Virus record (IMG/VR): IMGVR_UViG_3300021124_000496
Location: 1 to 31,493 of that record
Origin: a virus
Taxonomy: Duplodnaviria; Caudoviricetes
Direction: 5' to 3' (one strand)
DNA: 31,493 bases
The notes under the pieces were generated by a model. It saw nothing but the letters and a program-made list of their open reading frames with translations, did not search any database and was not told the origin of the DNA. Positions 1 through 8,117 of this stretch are shown one piece after another (positions within the stretch are counted from its first letter, which is position 1; each line of letters opens with the position of its first letter). Both the position numbers and the translations under genes were made by a program.

Positions 1-140
1 CCTTGATTTAACATAATGGCATCGGCATTGCCGCTACTTGTTTGTTCTACAAATATGTTATTGCTATCGCCTACTTGGTCAATATAAACACTGCCAGCCG
101 ATGCAGGTGTAATCCACAGTAAGAATAATAAACGTTTCAT
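1..140 (-). CDS. Second curlin-like (CsgA/CsgB-like) secreted protein, 5' part only (runs off window start)
   Basis: Not in the ORF track. ATG at 140 reads MKRLLFLLWITPASAGSVYIDQVGDSNNIFVEQTSSGNADAIMLNQ... It has a signal peptide, and VYIDQVG is shared with the 1178..1864 protein. Confidence 0.75.
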   Translation of the reverse strand, partial: MKRLLFLLWITPASAGSVYIDQVGDSNNIFVEQTSSGNADAIMLNQ

Positions 141-141
141 A

Positions 142-1254
142 CTAATTTCCTTGTATTATAGTTATTACACTGCCGCCAGGATGTTGAACATTTTGTGTCA
201 TATTAGTTCCTTCCTGATTTAAATTAAGGGTAGTTGGACTATCTTTATCGATGGTGATTTGTGTATAGCTATTACCACCTTGACGATATAAAGTTAAATT
301 AGTATCAATCTTAACATACTTTAATCCTGCTGCTTTATTGGCTGCATAATTTGGTAACATTTGGTTTTCACCGCCTAGCATACTTGCTAATAATGAAGCA
401 TTAGCAAGGTCTAACATATTATTTAAAAATTGAACATCTAACGCATTAAGATCTAATTTATTAAATGCGTCTAGATAATTCATATTAAGTTCATCATATT
501 TTAAAAAATCTTTATCAAGAAAATTTATATCAAGCGCAGTTTTTTGGTGGTTGTCTTCTTCTACTGCTTTTTTTGGCGGTTGCAAAATAAGCATGTTGTT
601 AATTTGTTCTGGGCTTAGTGCAAGAATAACGGGTTTGGCTGGATTCTGTTCTTTTGCACTGGTAGAAGTCGCTTGAAATGGTTTATCAAGATGCACTGTT
701 CCCATATCAGTTGTTACGTCAATTTTACCAGTTACACAATCTTTGTCAATGTTTTTATAACCTACGGGGCAGCTAGGCAGTAAAATAATAAGACTACGAC
801 CTAATTCATCAACTGTCATACTAAAATCTGTTCCACGCACACCAATTGTAGCAGTAGGCGTTTCAATTTTCACATTTTGTGGATTATCTTTGGCGATCTG
901 CCCACTTGCGTATCTAGCAGTTCCAATAGCAACTTTTAATCCTAACTTGCCAGCATCGCCGTGTGCAGGATCATAAACAAAATCATCAATTACAAGTTTA
1001 CTTTGTTCAGTTATTTCAACTTTTGTAGCATCTTCAAATGTAATACCAACTCGTGCTTTAGCAGTAACAACGGCGTCATTCATTTCGACGCCGCTGTTTA
1101 CATTACTTGGTATACTTTGTTTTTCACGCTGTATTTCTGCCATTCCGTTCTGCTCAGTTACCACACCAATAGCAGCATTAGTTACTTGTGGTGACAGTAA
1201 TATTATTGTTAGAACCAACACTTTTAATATTGACTGTGCTATCAATCGTGCCAT
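142..1254 (-). CDS. Secreted FecR-domain protein of the curli-like operon
   Basis: Signal peptide, then FecR-like motifs (ITFEDATKVEITEQSKLVID, IETPTATIGVRGTDF). C-terminus ends in curlin-like strands (LNLNQEG, SVITIIQGN). Confidence 0.8.
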   Translation of the reverse strand: MARLIAQSILKVLVLTIILLSPQVTNAAIGVVTEQNGMAEIQREKQSIPSNVNSGVEMNDAVVTAKARVGITFEDATKVEITEQSKLVIDDFVYDPAHGDAGKLGLKVAIGTARYASGQIAKDNPQNVKIETPTATIGVRGTDFSMTVDELGRSLIILLPSCPVGYKNIDKDCVTGKIDVTTDMGTVHLDKPFQATSTSAKEQNPAKPVILALSPEQINNMLILQPPKKAVEEDNHQKTALDINFLDKDFLKYDELNMNYLDAFNKLDLNALDVQFLNNMLDLANASLLASMLGGENQMLPNYAANKAAGLKYVKIDTNLTLYRQGGNSYTQITIDKDSPTTLNLNQEGTNMTQNVQHPGGSVITIIQGN

Positions 1255-1864
1255 TCTGTGTTACCGCCACGCTGTTACTTGAGCCATTAACATCAACTTT
1301 TGTATCAAATCCGTTGCTGCCTGCTGGTCCTGCTTGTTGAACATTAACTACGTTAGAATCACCTGTTTCTTTAATATCCGCACGTGCGCCAAGTAGATTG
1401 GTTGTAGCACTATTTATGGTTGTGTTATTTGTGCTTCCGCTTACAACTGCACTAACTGTGCTTTTTGCACCAGCAGTTATGTTAGAAGTATTTCCACCAC
1501 CAGTTACAGTTGCAGTTATAGCAGTATCATTGCAGCTTGTACTTGGTGAAGCACCGCAGTTAATTGTTGTTGTATTATTATCACCTGTTACAGTACTATT
1601 AATGTTACTATTTGTGCCTTCAACATTAACTTTATGCGTATTTCCGCTTCCAACTTGTGAAATACTTACAGTTTGTCCATTGCCATGCAAAATAGTAGCG
1701 GTGGTTTCGTTTCCAATTTCATTGTTTGAACCTTGTTGATTGAGCGTAATAGTGCTGCCACTACCTACTTGGTCGATATAAACGTTGTTAATCGTACCAG
1801 CAAAACTTTGACTCGCTAGCATTATGCCTGCAATTCCGATTGCAGCTTTCATAAAGTTTTTCAA
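1178..1864 (-). CDS. Curlin-like (CsgA/CsgB-like) repeat protein
   Basis: Signal peptide (SQSFA-G). N/G/S/T/Q-rich with x-Q-x-G-x-x-N repeats (LNQQGSNN, ISQVGSGN, VTQNG). Lies directly downstream of csgG. Confidence 0.75.
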   Translation of the reverse strand: MKNFMKAAIGIAGIMLASQSFAGTINNVYIDQVGSGSTITLNQQGSNNEIGNETTATILHGNGQTVSISQVGSGNTHKVNVEGTNSNINSTVTGDNNTTTINCGASPSTSCNDTAITATVTGGGNTSNITAGAKSTVSAVVSGSTNNTTINSATTNLLGARADIKETGDSNVVNVQQAGPAGSNGFDTKVDVNGSSNSVAVTQNGTIDSTVNIKSVGSNNNITVTTSN

Positions 1865-1886
1865 ATGCCTACTCCTTTACGGAGTT

Positions 1887-2708
1887 TTACGACTTCTTTT
1901 TTTCAGTAGTCGCATAACTCCATAGATTTTTTTGTGCACCCTGTTTAATCATATCCACAACGGCTGCTTCTGTTGCCAGCCGTACAGCATATGTAGTGGG
2001 TTCGTTGACATTTGCACCAGCCTCGACTTGTAAACTCATCGTGCTCTGATCTAGGAATGTGACCACTGTGCCACTTCCGCCTGTACTTAAGATTGTTTTA
2101 GTAGCACCAGCAGAGATTAGTACTTCTCCAGTATGTACGCTTATCAATCTTACAACTACAGTAACCTCGTCGGTTCTATATTGTTGATTTACTCCAATTC
2201 CTAACATGGCAGCACCACTGCCACCACTTTGCAGATTAGTATCATATCCTACGATACCACCCTCTACCATAATACCAGCAATTAACATTGGCGATAGCGG
2301 CTTAGCATCTTTCCCTTCATAAGTTTCACGTTGATTACGAATTAATTGACGTTCTTTAATAAGATCATCTAATCCAACACGCTCTACAACTTGAAACCAT
2401 TTACCATGACCTGCATCTTGCAGTGCCTTAATAAGAAATACTTCGCCACCTTGCGTTACAGCACTACTTAGCACTGAAAACTTGTCGTTTTCTTTGCGTT
2501 GACCAGTTTTATCACTAAATCCATACATTGCTATAGTGATTGGTGGTCCATGTGGAGGCGGCATATTTTCTAATTCATTGTAATAACTTTTAGTTACAGT
2601 TTGTGGTACAGTACTGGCCGCAGTTGGAATCTTTGCTGAATAAGGAGTCGATGTTCTGCATCCCACTAGTGCAAGTGCCGAAATACATAATACGATTATT
2701 TTAAACAT
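1887..2708 (-). CDS. csgG: Curli secretion channel CsgG (outer-membrane lipoprotein)
   Basis: Lipobox LVGC. Hallmark motifs FSDKTGQRK, SSAVTQGG, WFQVVERVGLDDLIKERQLIR, EGGIVGYDTN, QYRTDEVTV. Confidence 0.95.
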   Translation of the reverse strand: MFKIIVLCISALALVGCRTSTPYSAKIPTAASTVPQTVTKSYYNELENMPPPHGPPITIAMYGFSDKTGQRKENDKFSVLSSAVTQGGEVFLIKALQDAGHGKWFQVVERVGLDDLIKERQLIRNQRETYEGKDAKPLSPMLIAGIMVEGGIVGYDTNLQSGGSGAAMLGIGVNQQYRTDEVTVVVRLISVHTGEVLISAGATKTILSTGGSGTVVTFLDQSTMSLQVEAGANVNEPTTYAVRLATEAAVVDMIKQGAQKNLWSYATTEKKKS

Positions 2709-3157
2709 TAGAATTTGAAACTCCCTATTGGAACTGTGATATCTGTGCGGTTGCCAGTGGCATCAATTACCGTCAGTGCGATAGTTTGGGCAGTGCTATC
2801 TTTAATCCAAGAAATAGTGCTGCCTTCGAATTGCATAGTTCCAGTAGTTGATCCATCGCTAAACATAGCATTGCTAAGCTGTAAACTTAGCTGTGCGTAG
2901 ATGCGGCTTTCCAGATTGTTGAGAAATTTAGCTAAATTTGTATTTTGAGCGGCTGCGGCTGCGTCTGCGGCATCAGCTTTTTGCTGTGCAATCAGGGCTT
3001 GTTTACGAGTATATTCTTCGTTTTCAATAGTCAACACATGACTACTGAAACCATCACCACTAAATTCAGGATTTTTAAAGCCAAACGTCATCTCACTTGC
3101 GTGTGCAAGTGTAGGAACTGTCATTAAAAATACACAAATTGCGCTAATTTTACGCAT
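2708..3157 (-). CDS. csgF: Curli assembly protein CsgF
   Basis: Signal peptide AHA-S, then the CsgF N-terminus EMTFGFKNPEFSGDG and FLNNLESRIYAQLS. Stop overlaps the csgG start (TAATG). Confidence 0.9.
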   Translation of the reverse strand: MRKISAICVFLMTVPTLAHASEMTFGFKNPEFSGDGFSSHVLTIENEEYTRKQALIAQQKADAADAAAAAQNTNLAKFLNNLESRIYAQLSLQLSNAMFSDGSTTGTMQFEGSTISWIKDSTAQTIALTVIDATGNRTDITVPIGSFKF

Positions 3158-3163
3158 AATAAT

Positions 3164-3205
3164 ACCCTTGTAACTAATATTATTTAGTAGTTACAAGGGT
3201 GTCAA
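3164..3205 (-). promoter_or_regulatory. Promoter inside a 13-bp inverted repeat upstream of csgF
   Basis: ACCCTTGTAACTA/TAGTTACAAGGGT (3164-3200) with CTAAATA in the loop. TTGACA(3205-3200)-17 nt-TAATAT overlaps it. The SD-like AAGGG lies in the 3' arm. Confidence 0.65.
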
Positions 3206-3233
3206 AATATTGGCACTTTACTGTTTTTTGTAG

Positions 3234-3309
3234 TGGTTGGGGAGCCAGGGATCGAACCTGGAATCTCCTGAGTCAAAGTCAGGCGTATTGCCAATTATAC
3301 CACTCCCCA
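3234..3309 (-). tRNA. tRNA-Gln(UUG)
   Basis: Cloverleaf: acceptor TGGGGAG/CTCCCCA, anticodon arm CCTGA-CTTTGAC-TCAGG, T-loop GTTCGATC, encoded CCA. Confidence 0.97.
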
Positions 3310-3314
3310 ATAAC

Positions 3315-4049
3315 TCAATTTTCTATTGCTTGTCCATTTGGTGCTACTAAACCTTTAACACCAGTTCGGGCAAACTCTACTACATCCGCCTTTGGCAAGA
3401 ACTTATACCAAAGATGTTCAATATCTATATATCCACCGGCATTAACACGGTCTTGCATATGTTCAGTCATATCTTCAAGAAGTAGAATAAACTCTGCAAT
3501 ACGATTCGCACCAAAACTATAAACACGCAACATATGCTGTTGATCTACGCCAGTAACGCCTGGCACAAACTGACTTAGCATACGCTTACTTACAACATAT
3601 TTGTCACCAACGATATTGTTTTCATAATCTGCAGTGTTAAATTTATCTGTTAGAGTATAGCGACCGCTTACTTTAAAGATACGATCACAGCCATCAAACC
3701 AACCTTCTTGCTGTGCAGTCTCAAAGAAACTATGAACAACTGCAAGTTCAGTTAGATTCTTAACAACATCTTGAACTTCAATGTTGTCATGAATCCATAC
3801 TACGTTTTCATCCGTACTGAAATCCATAAAGTGATCAACATGTTTTACAAGTTGAGCCTTTACCTCATCACTTATGCCAGGTTGACTGCAATCTGTTAAG
3901 CAAATAACAGCATTAGGAATACGCTTACGAACACTAGCAATAGTTTCTAGTGTCTGAGCAAGTCGTTCCTCTGGCTTATATATTGAGAACTTGGCATTAA
4001 TGGCACTGGTTATAAAAACGCCGTATTTCTTTGTTTTCTTCTTAGACAT
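3315..4049 (-). CDS. Hypothetical protein, possibly glycosyltransferase-like
   Basis: 244-aa ORF overlapping the rmlB stop. Alpha/beta pattern (ITSAI, LTDCS, IFKVSGRY); function inferred from context only. Confidence 0.55.
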   Translation of the reverse strand: MSKKKTKKYGVFITSAINAKFSIYKPEERLAQTLETIASVRKRIPNAVICLTDCSQPGISDEVKAQLVKHVDHFMDFSTDENVVWIHDNIEVQDVVKNLTELAVVHSFFETAQQEGWFDGCDRIFKVSGRYTLTDKFNTADYENNIVGDKYVVSKRMLSQFVPGVTGVDQQHMLRVYSFGANRIAEFILLLEDMTEHMQDRVNAGGYIDIEHLWYKFLPKADVVEFARTGVKGLVAPNGQAIEN

Positions 4050-5076
4050 CTAGGTTCAACCAATCTGGACGAGCAAGAGTCCAATCAACCACTTGTTTGA
4101 TGCGTTCGGTTAGTTCAATCTTAGGTTCCCAACCGAGGCTCTTCATAAACTCACCGCTGAGTGAATAACGAAGGTCATGACCAGGACGGCTGCTATGGAA
4201 GTCAACCATTTCATAGTTAAGAGGTTTGTCTTGACTATCGGCAATAATCTGTGCTAGTTCTAGGTTATTGATTTCCTGTTTACCTACGATGTTAAACTTT
4301 GGGCATTTTGCTCCACCAAACTCTGGCGGCATTGTAAAATCTTTCAAGTCAAGAATAAACATTAGGGCTTCTGCTACATCCTTGGCATGGATATAGTGAC
4401 GAGAACCAGGAATAGTACGAGTCTTGTCGCTATGAACCGTAATTGTTTCGCCATCACGAGCCTTGCGAATACACATAGGAATAAACTTCTCTGGATGCTG
4501 ACGCTCACCAAATACGTTCATCGTATGCGTTACGTAGACAGGCAGACCATAGGTATTTTCATATGCTACTGCAAGTTCTTCGCCACCTGCCTTGGCTGCG
4601 CTATACGGATTGCCACTGTTATAGCGATCATACTCACCGTAATTCACGCCAACAGGTGCTGGTCCAAATACTTCATCAGTTGAGAAATATACAAAGCGTT
4701 CTAGATTATCACACTTACGAGCAAACTCAAGGATATTGCAAGTTCCAACCACATTATCCATGACAAATTCCATTGGATAGTCGATAGAACGATCCACATG
4801 ACTGCCAGCGGCAAGGTGAAGAATAATATCAACGTGACCAATACGAGTCTTCGTAAGGGGGTTAATTTCAGCCTTGAGATCATGGAAGATTACCTTTACA
4901 CGTGCTCGTGTTTGTGGACTATGGTCTTGCATCATATCGTTTAGGCGATTAAGATTGCCGCTAAAATCTAAACGATCAAGACTAATGATATTCCAGTCAG
5001 TAGTTTTAAGTATATGGTCGATAACATGAGTGGCAATAAAACCTGCACCACCCGTAATTAATACGTTCTTTGACAA
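4042..5076 (-). CDS. rmlB: dTDP-glucose 4,6-dehydratase (RmlB/RfbB-like extended SDR)
   Basis: ITGGAGFI, HLAAGSHVDRSI, STDEVFG, YSAAK, QHPEKFIP, RPGHDLRY. TTG start preceded by GGAG. Confidence 0.9.
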   Translation of the reverse strand: MSKNVLITGGAGFIATHVIDHILKTTDWNIISLDRLDFSGNLNRLNDMMQDHSPQTRARVKVIFHDLKAEINPLTKTRIGHVDIILHLAAGSHVDRSIDYPMEFVMDNVVGTCNILEFARKCDNLERFVYFSTDEVFGPAPVGVNYGEYDRYNSGNPYSAAKAGGEELAVAYENTYGLPVYVTHTMNVFGERQHPEKFIPMCIRKARDGETITVHSDKTRTIPGSRHYIHAKDVAEALMFILDLKDFTMPPEFGGAKCPKFNIVGKQEINNLELAQIIADSQDKPLNYEMVDFHSSRPGHDLRYSLSGEFMKSLGWEPKIELTERIKQVVDWTLARPDWLNLDV

Positions 5077-5110
5077 TTTGTTCTCCGATTATTGATATTA
5101 TTATATATGG

Positions 5111-5335
5111 TTACGATACTTTCGTCAATAAATTATTGATGATATCGTTACTAATTTTTCTAGAATGACCGTTTCTATCAACAAGCACCAGACCAATACC
5201 TGTTGGACTACTTTCATCGGGATAAAACTCTACAGTGGCTTCACTGTCCTTGCCACTATCACGCAAATAACGTTTTACCATCGTCATCATACGCATGTTA
5301 ATAAACATGTTTTCACAGTCAATTATATTGCTCAT
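5111..5335 (-). CDS. Hypothetical protein
   Basis: 74-aa ORF with AGGTG SD, downstream of a TTGACA (5392-5387) promoter-like sequence. Confidence 0.65.
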   Translation of the reverse strand: MSNIIDCENMFINMRMMTMVKRYLRDSGKDSEATVEFYPDESSPTGIGLVLVDRNGHSRKISNDIINNLLTKVS

Positions 5336-5393
5336 AGTTCACCTATAATAGTTGCTGATGATTTATAATAACACATTTATGAAGTTTGTCAAC

Positions 5394-5422
5394 AAAAAAG
5401 ACCGCCGTGAAGCGGTCTTTTT
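5394..5422. terminator. Rho-independent terminator (potentially bidirectional)
   Basis: AAAAAAGACCGC-CGTGAA-GCGGTCTTTTT; GC stem flanked by A and T runs. Confidence 0.85.
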
Positions 5423-5469
5423 AACGGACATCTTTAGTTTTGGCTCGTGCCGATGCCGCAGGTTCTTAA

Positions 5470-5889
5470 TTACTTTGCCTTTTTTGTCTTGGGAGTAGCA
5501 GCCTTCTTAGCACGAGGTTTCTTGGCTGGTGCCGCTTCTGCAGTAGTTTCTGATGTTGTCGTATCTATAGTTGCAGCTACAGTTGTTTCCGCTGTTACTA
5601 CAACAGGTGCAACTTCAACACGGTTTGGGTTTTGATCACTCATTGCCCATTCAGCGTCGCTCATGTTTTCTGGCTTAGTTGTTGCCTTTAGTGTTTCAGC
5701 GGCAGTTTCAGCAACATGCAATACTTCGTTCATTTTTGCCGCTACTGCCTTTTCTGCTTCTGCCAACTTTGCATTAGCATCTGCTTCCATCTGATCCAAT
5801 GGATCAGGCGTCTTATCTTTATGATTAATTAGTTTGTAAATTACTGCAATCAAAACAGCAAGTCCAAACAATACAATAATAGTATTCAT
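5470..5889 (-). CDS. Membrane-anchored protein with Ala/Thr linker and Lys/Ala/Pro-rich basic tail
   Basis: N-terminal TM helix; C-terminus APAKKPRAKKAATPKTKKAK; AAGGAG SD. Confidence 0.75.
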   Translation of the reverse strand: MNTIIVLFGLAVLIAVIYKLINHKDKTPDPLDQMEADANAKLAEAEKAVAAKMNEVLHVAETAAETLKATTKPENMSDAEWAMSDQNPNRVEVAPVVVTAETTVAATIDTTTSETTAEAAPAKKPRAKKAATPKTKKAK

Positions 5890-5909
5890 TAATATATCTC
5901 CTTTGTGGA

Positions 5910-5950
5910 TATTTACTATCTATAATATGACATTTAAATTAAAATGTCAA
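5910..5950 (-). promoter_or_regulatory. Sigma70-type promoter with palindromic spacer plus GTAAATA late-type motif
   Basis: TTGACA(5950-5945)-17 nt-TATTAT; palindrome TGACATTT-N6-AAATGTCA (5928-5949); GTAAATA at 5916-5910. Confidence 0.6.
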
Positions 5951-5951
5951 A

Positions 5952-6332
5952 TTATTTGTATGATGGGGAATAAAATTTAAATGCTTCTTTCCAGAAAGTG
6001 CTATACAGATCATTTGAAACCTGTTCTTGCATCTTCTTAAAATGCTTGCCAGCAGAAACTTCTTCAACTGACTTTGCCATTTCACTTGAGATAGTTCCCA
6101 TTGCACTTGCTGCTGCTTTAACAGCATCCTTTGTATAGGCAGTCTGTGCATCAACAAATGCATTTAGGCTCTTTGCAATAGTTTCATTCTGCACAAAGGT
6201 CTTGACCATTGTCTTCTTTGCATCTTGTACGGTATCAATAAATTCATCGGTATCAAACATTTCATTCTCCTTTGTAGTGGCGGTTGTGCCACGGTTAATA
6301 AATTCTAATTCTTCCACAGTGTACGGTTGCAT
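5952..6332 (-). CDS. Hypothetical all-helical protein (weakly phasin-like); start at 6332 or 6260
   Basis: ATG 6332 follows AAGGAAG and ATG 6260 follows AAGGAG. Ala-rich amphipathic helices. Confidence 0.6.
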   Translation of the reverse strand: MQPYTVEELEFINRGTTATTKENEMFDTDEFIDTVQDAKKTMVKTFVQNETIAKSLNAFVDAQTAYTKDAVKAAASAMGTISSEMAKSVEEVSAGKHFKKMQEQVSNDLYSTFWKEAFKFYSPSYK

Positions 6333-6343
6333 TATTACTTCCT

Positions 6344-6389
6344 TTGCTGCACTGCATATATTTATACTGCACTGCAGCAATTATGTCAA
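6344..6389 (-). promoter_or_regulatory. TATAAATA late-promoter consensus in the loop of a 13-bp inverted repeat, also forming TTGACA-17-TATAAA
   Basis: TTGCTGCACTGCA/TGCACTGCAGCAA (one mismatch) at 6344-6380; TATAAATA at 6366-6359; TTGACA at 6389-6384. Confidence 0.65.
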
Positions 6390-7409
6390 TATATTTGTTA
6401 ATTGTTCAAATAACTTTTGACTAGCAAGGTTCTTAGCTTTGCTCTCTACCTGAATGTCAAAATCATTCCACAGTTCACCAATATACTTGTTTACTTCACT
6501 ATTCCACATAAAATCACTGTGTGCTCGAAGTGTACCTTTCTTTTGACCATTTTCCATTAATGTGGATAGGTTAGGTCTACCAGTATCAGAGATACCCATA
6601 GATTCACGACTAAGAGAATAATGAAGAGTAGGGCGGACACCACGCCAACTATCTTTGACCATTTTAATACGGTCGTCAGACGGTGCAATGTATTCTCCAC
6701 TATGAATCCAGTGATGATGAGTGTCAAAAACGATAGGCAAGATATCACCCAAAGTGAGACAAGAATCAAGTCCATATGTATATTCCTCGTTTTCTATTGT
6801 GATAAGGTTTCTAGCTTCGGGCGAGAGGCGGGCATATACGGCTCGTATAGCCATTGGACCGCCTTTACCACTAATATGCACATTGATCTTAAAACCGTGA
6901 TCATGCCAACTAGAACCAAAACCCATCCACCTAGCCAAATCAGCATGATATTCAAACTCAGCGATAGAATTGGCAACAACACTCTCACGGTCACTAGCAA
7001 GGACGCAAAATTGGCCAGGATGAAAACTGACCCTAACATCAAGACGTTTAGCAGCCTCTCCAACTTTGGCCAGTCGCTTCGCAATGGTTTCACGAAGGTG
7101 TTTATCAGTCCAGAAATAGCCCCAAGTTGACTCAGTGTAAACAGGAAGTATGTCGCTACTAAGGCGTACCATTCGTAATTGCGGTGCAAGTGTTCCCACA
7201 CGCTCCACCAATCGTAATGTGGCATCTGTATTGTGCTCCATGATATCCCACAGACGTTGCTCGGCAACTGCCTTAGTCTGGCGGTTTAACCAAGCTACAG
7301 TCGTGGTTTTGTTGTTATAGCGGAGTGCATCATCCTTGGGCTTAAAGCCATCAAGTTGATCCACAGTGTCAATCCATTTGCAGCAAAAGCCGATACGTTT
7401 TTGTGTCAT
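6381..7409 (-). CDS. uvsE: UV damage endonuclease UvsE/UVDE
   Basis: RLSSDILP, SFHPGQF, IENEE, FDTHHH, AHSD, VESKAKNLA metal-binding TIM-barrel motifs. Confidence 0.93.
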   Translation of the reverse strand: MTQKRIGFCCKWIDTVDQLDGFKPKDDALRYNNKTTTVAWLNRQTKAVAEQRLWDIMEHNTDATLRLVERVGTLAPQLRMVRLSSDILPVYTESTWGYFWTDKHLRETIAKRLAKVGEAAKRLDVRVSFHPGQFCVLASDRESVVANSIAEFEYHADLARWMGFGSSWHDHGFKINVHISGKGGPMAIRAVYARLSPEARNLITIENEEYTYGLDSCLTLGDILPIVFDTHHHWIHSGEYIAPSDDRIKMVKDSWRGVRPTLHYSLSRESMGISDTGRPNLSTLMENGQKKGTLRAHSDFMWNSEVNKYIGELWNDFDIQVESKAKNLASQKLFEQLTNILT

Positions 7410-7443
7410 ATTAATAATATAACACAGAATAATCTATTGTCAA
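7410..7443 (-). promoter_or_regulatory. Sigma70-type promoter abutting the uvsE start codon
   Basis: TTGACA(7443-7438)-16 nt-TATATT(7421-7416)-6 nt-ATG; no SD visible. Confidence 0.55.
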
Positions 7444-8117
7444 GCAAATAATTCAGGAAAAAGCAGCGCAATATGAAATTCTTGATCAGAATTAATGTAA
7501 TTTTTAATATGTAAAACTATTTGATCTGATAAAATTCTATGCGCGCTTGAACTAAAATGATTAAGTCGGTCGTCATTAAAGTTTCCATCATTCCAATCTT
7601 TGTTTGTAGTTTTTTTAAAATCTGCCATGCAAAGTTCATTCAAACCACCATTTGAAAAAATCCATAAACCATAATTTTTTTCCATATGGTTATGTTCAAA
7701 TGCAGGCATATTAACTAATTTTATGTTTCTTTTTTTACATTGTTCTTGAATATCTCTTATTAATAAGATATCAATTGTTTTTGCAAAACTATCATCATAT
7801 AAATGATTATAATAATGTTGCGTAGCTTTTTTTAATTCAGGATTGGAAATAATATTAGCAAGCGCAGATTGAAATACTGTGTTTGTGCTAAGAGGATAAC
7901 GTTCGTTATATAATCTACTATAGCCTGTATAAACATATATGATTACATCAGGATTTAAATTTAAACAAGCTAAAAAACTTTTATATATTTTAAATTGGCT
8001 GTGTCCACGATGTCCAACATGAAATACAACATTAAAATTTAATTCTTTACATATATTTTCTATCCAAGTCTCATTATAGGTATATGTAAAACTATCACCC
8101 AATATTGCTACACGCAT
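7440..8117 (-). CDS. SGNH/GDSL-like hydrolase
   Basis: N-terminal ILGDSF (block I) and C-terminal D-R-L-N-H-F...AH (block V-like). Confidence 0.65.
   Translation of the reverse strand: MRVAILGDSFTYTYNETWIENICKELNFNVVFHVGHRGHSQFKIYKSFLACLNLNPDVIIYVYTGYSRLYNERYPLSTNTVFQSALANIISNPELKKATQHYYNHLYDDSFAKTIDILLIRDIQEQCKKRNIKLVNMPAFEHNHMEKNYGLWIFSNGGLNELCMADFKKTTNKDWNDGNFNDDRLNHFSSSAHRILSDQIVLHIKNYINSDQEFHIALLFPELFA

Noticed and set aside
3199-3522. + strand 107-aa ORF
   Set aside because: Antisense to tRNA-Gln and the 3315..4049 gene; no recognisable protein features.
5423-5469. Short GC-richer segment with a possible small fold (GGCATC/GATGTC enclosing GGC-ACGA-GCC on the minus strand) before the terminator
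   Set aside because: Too short and weak to distinguish from chance without homologues.
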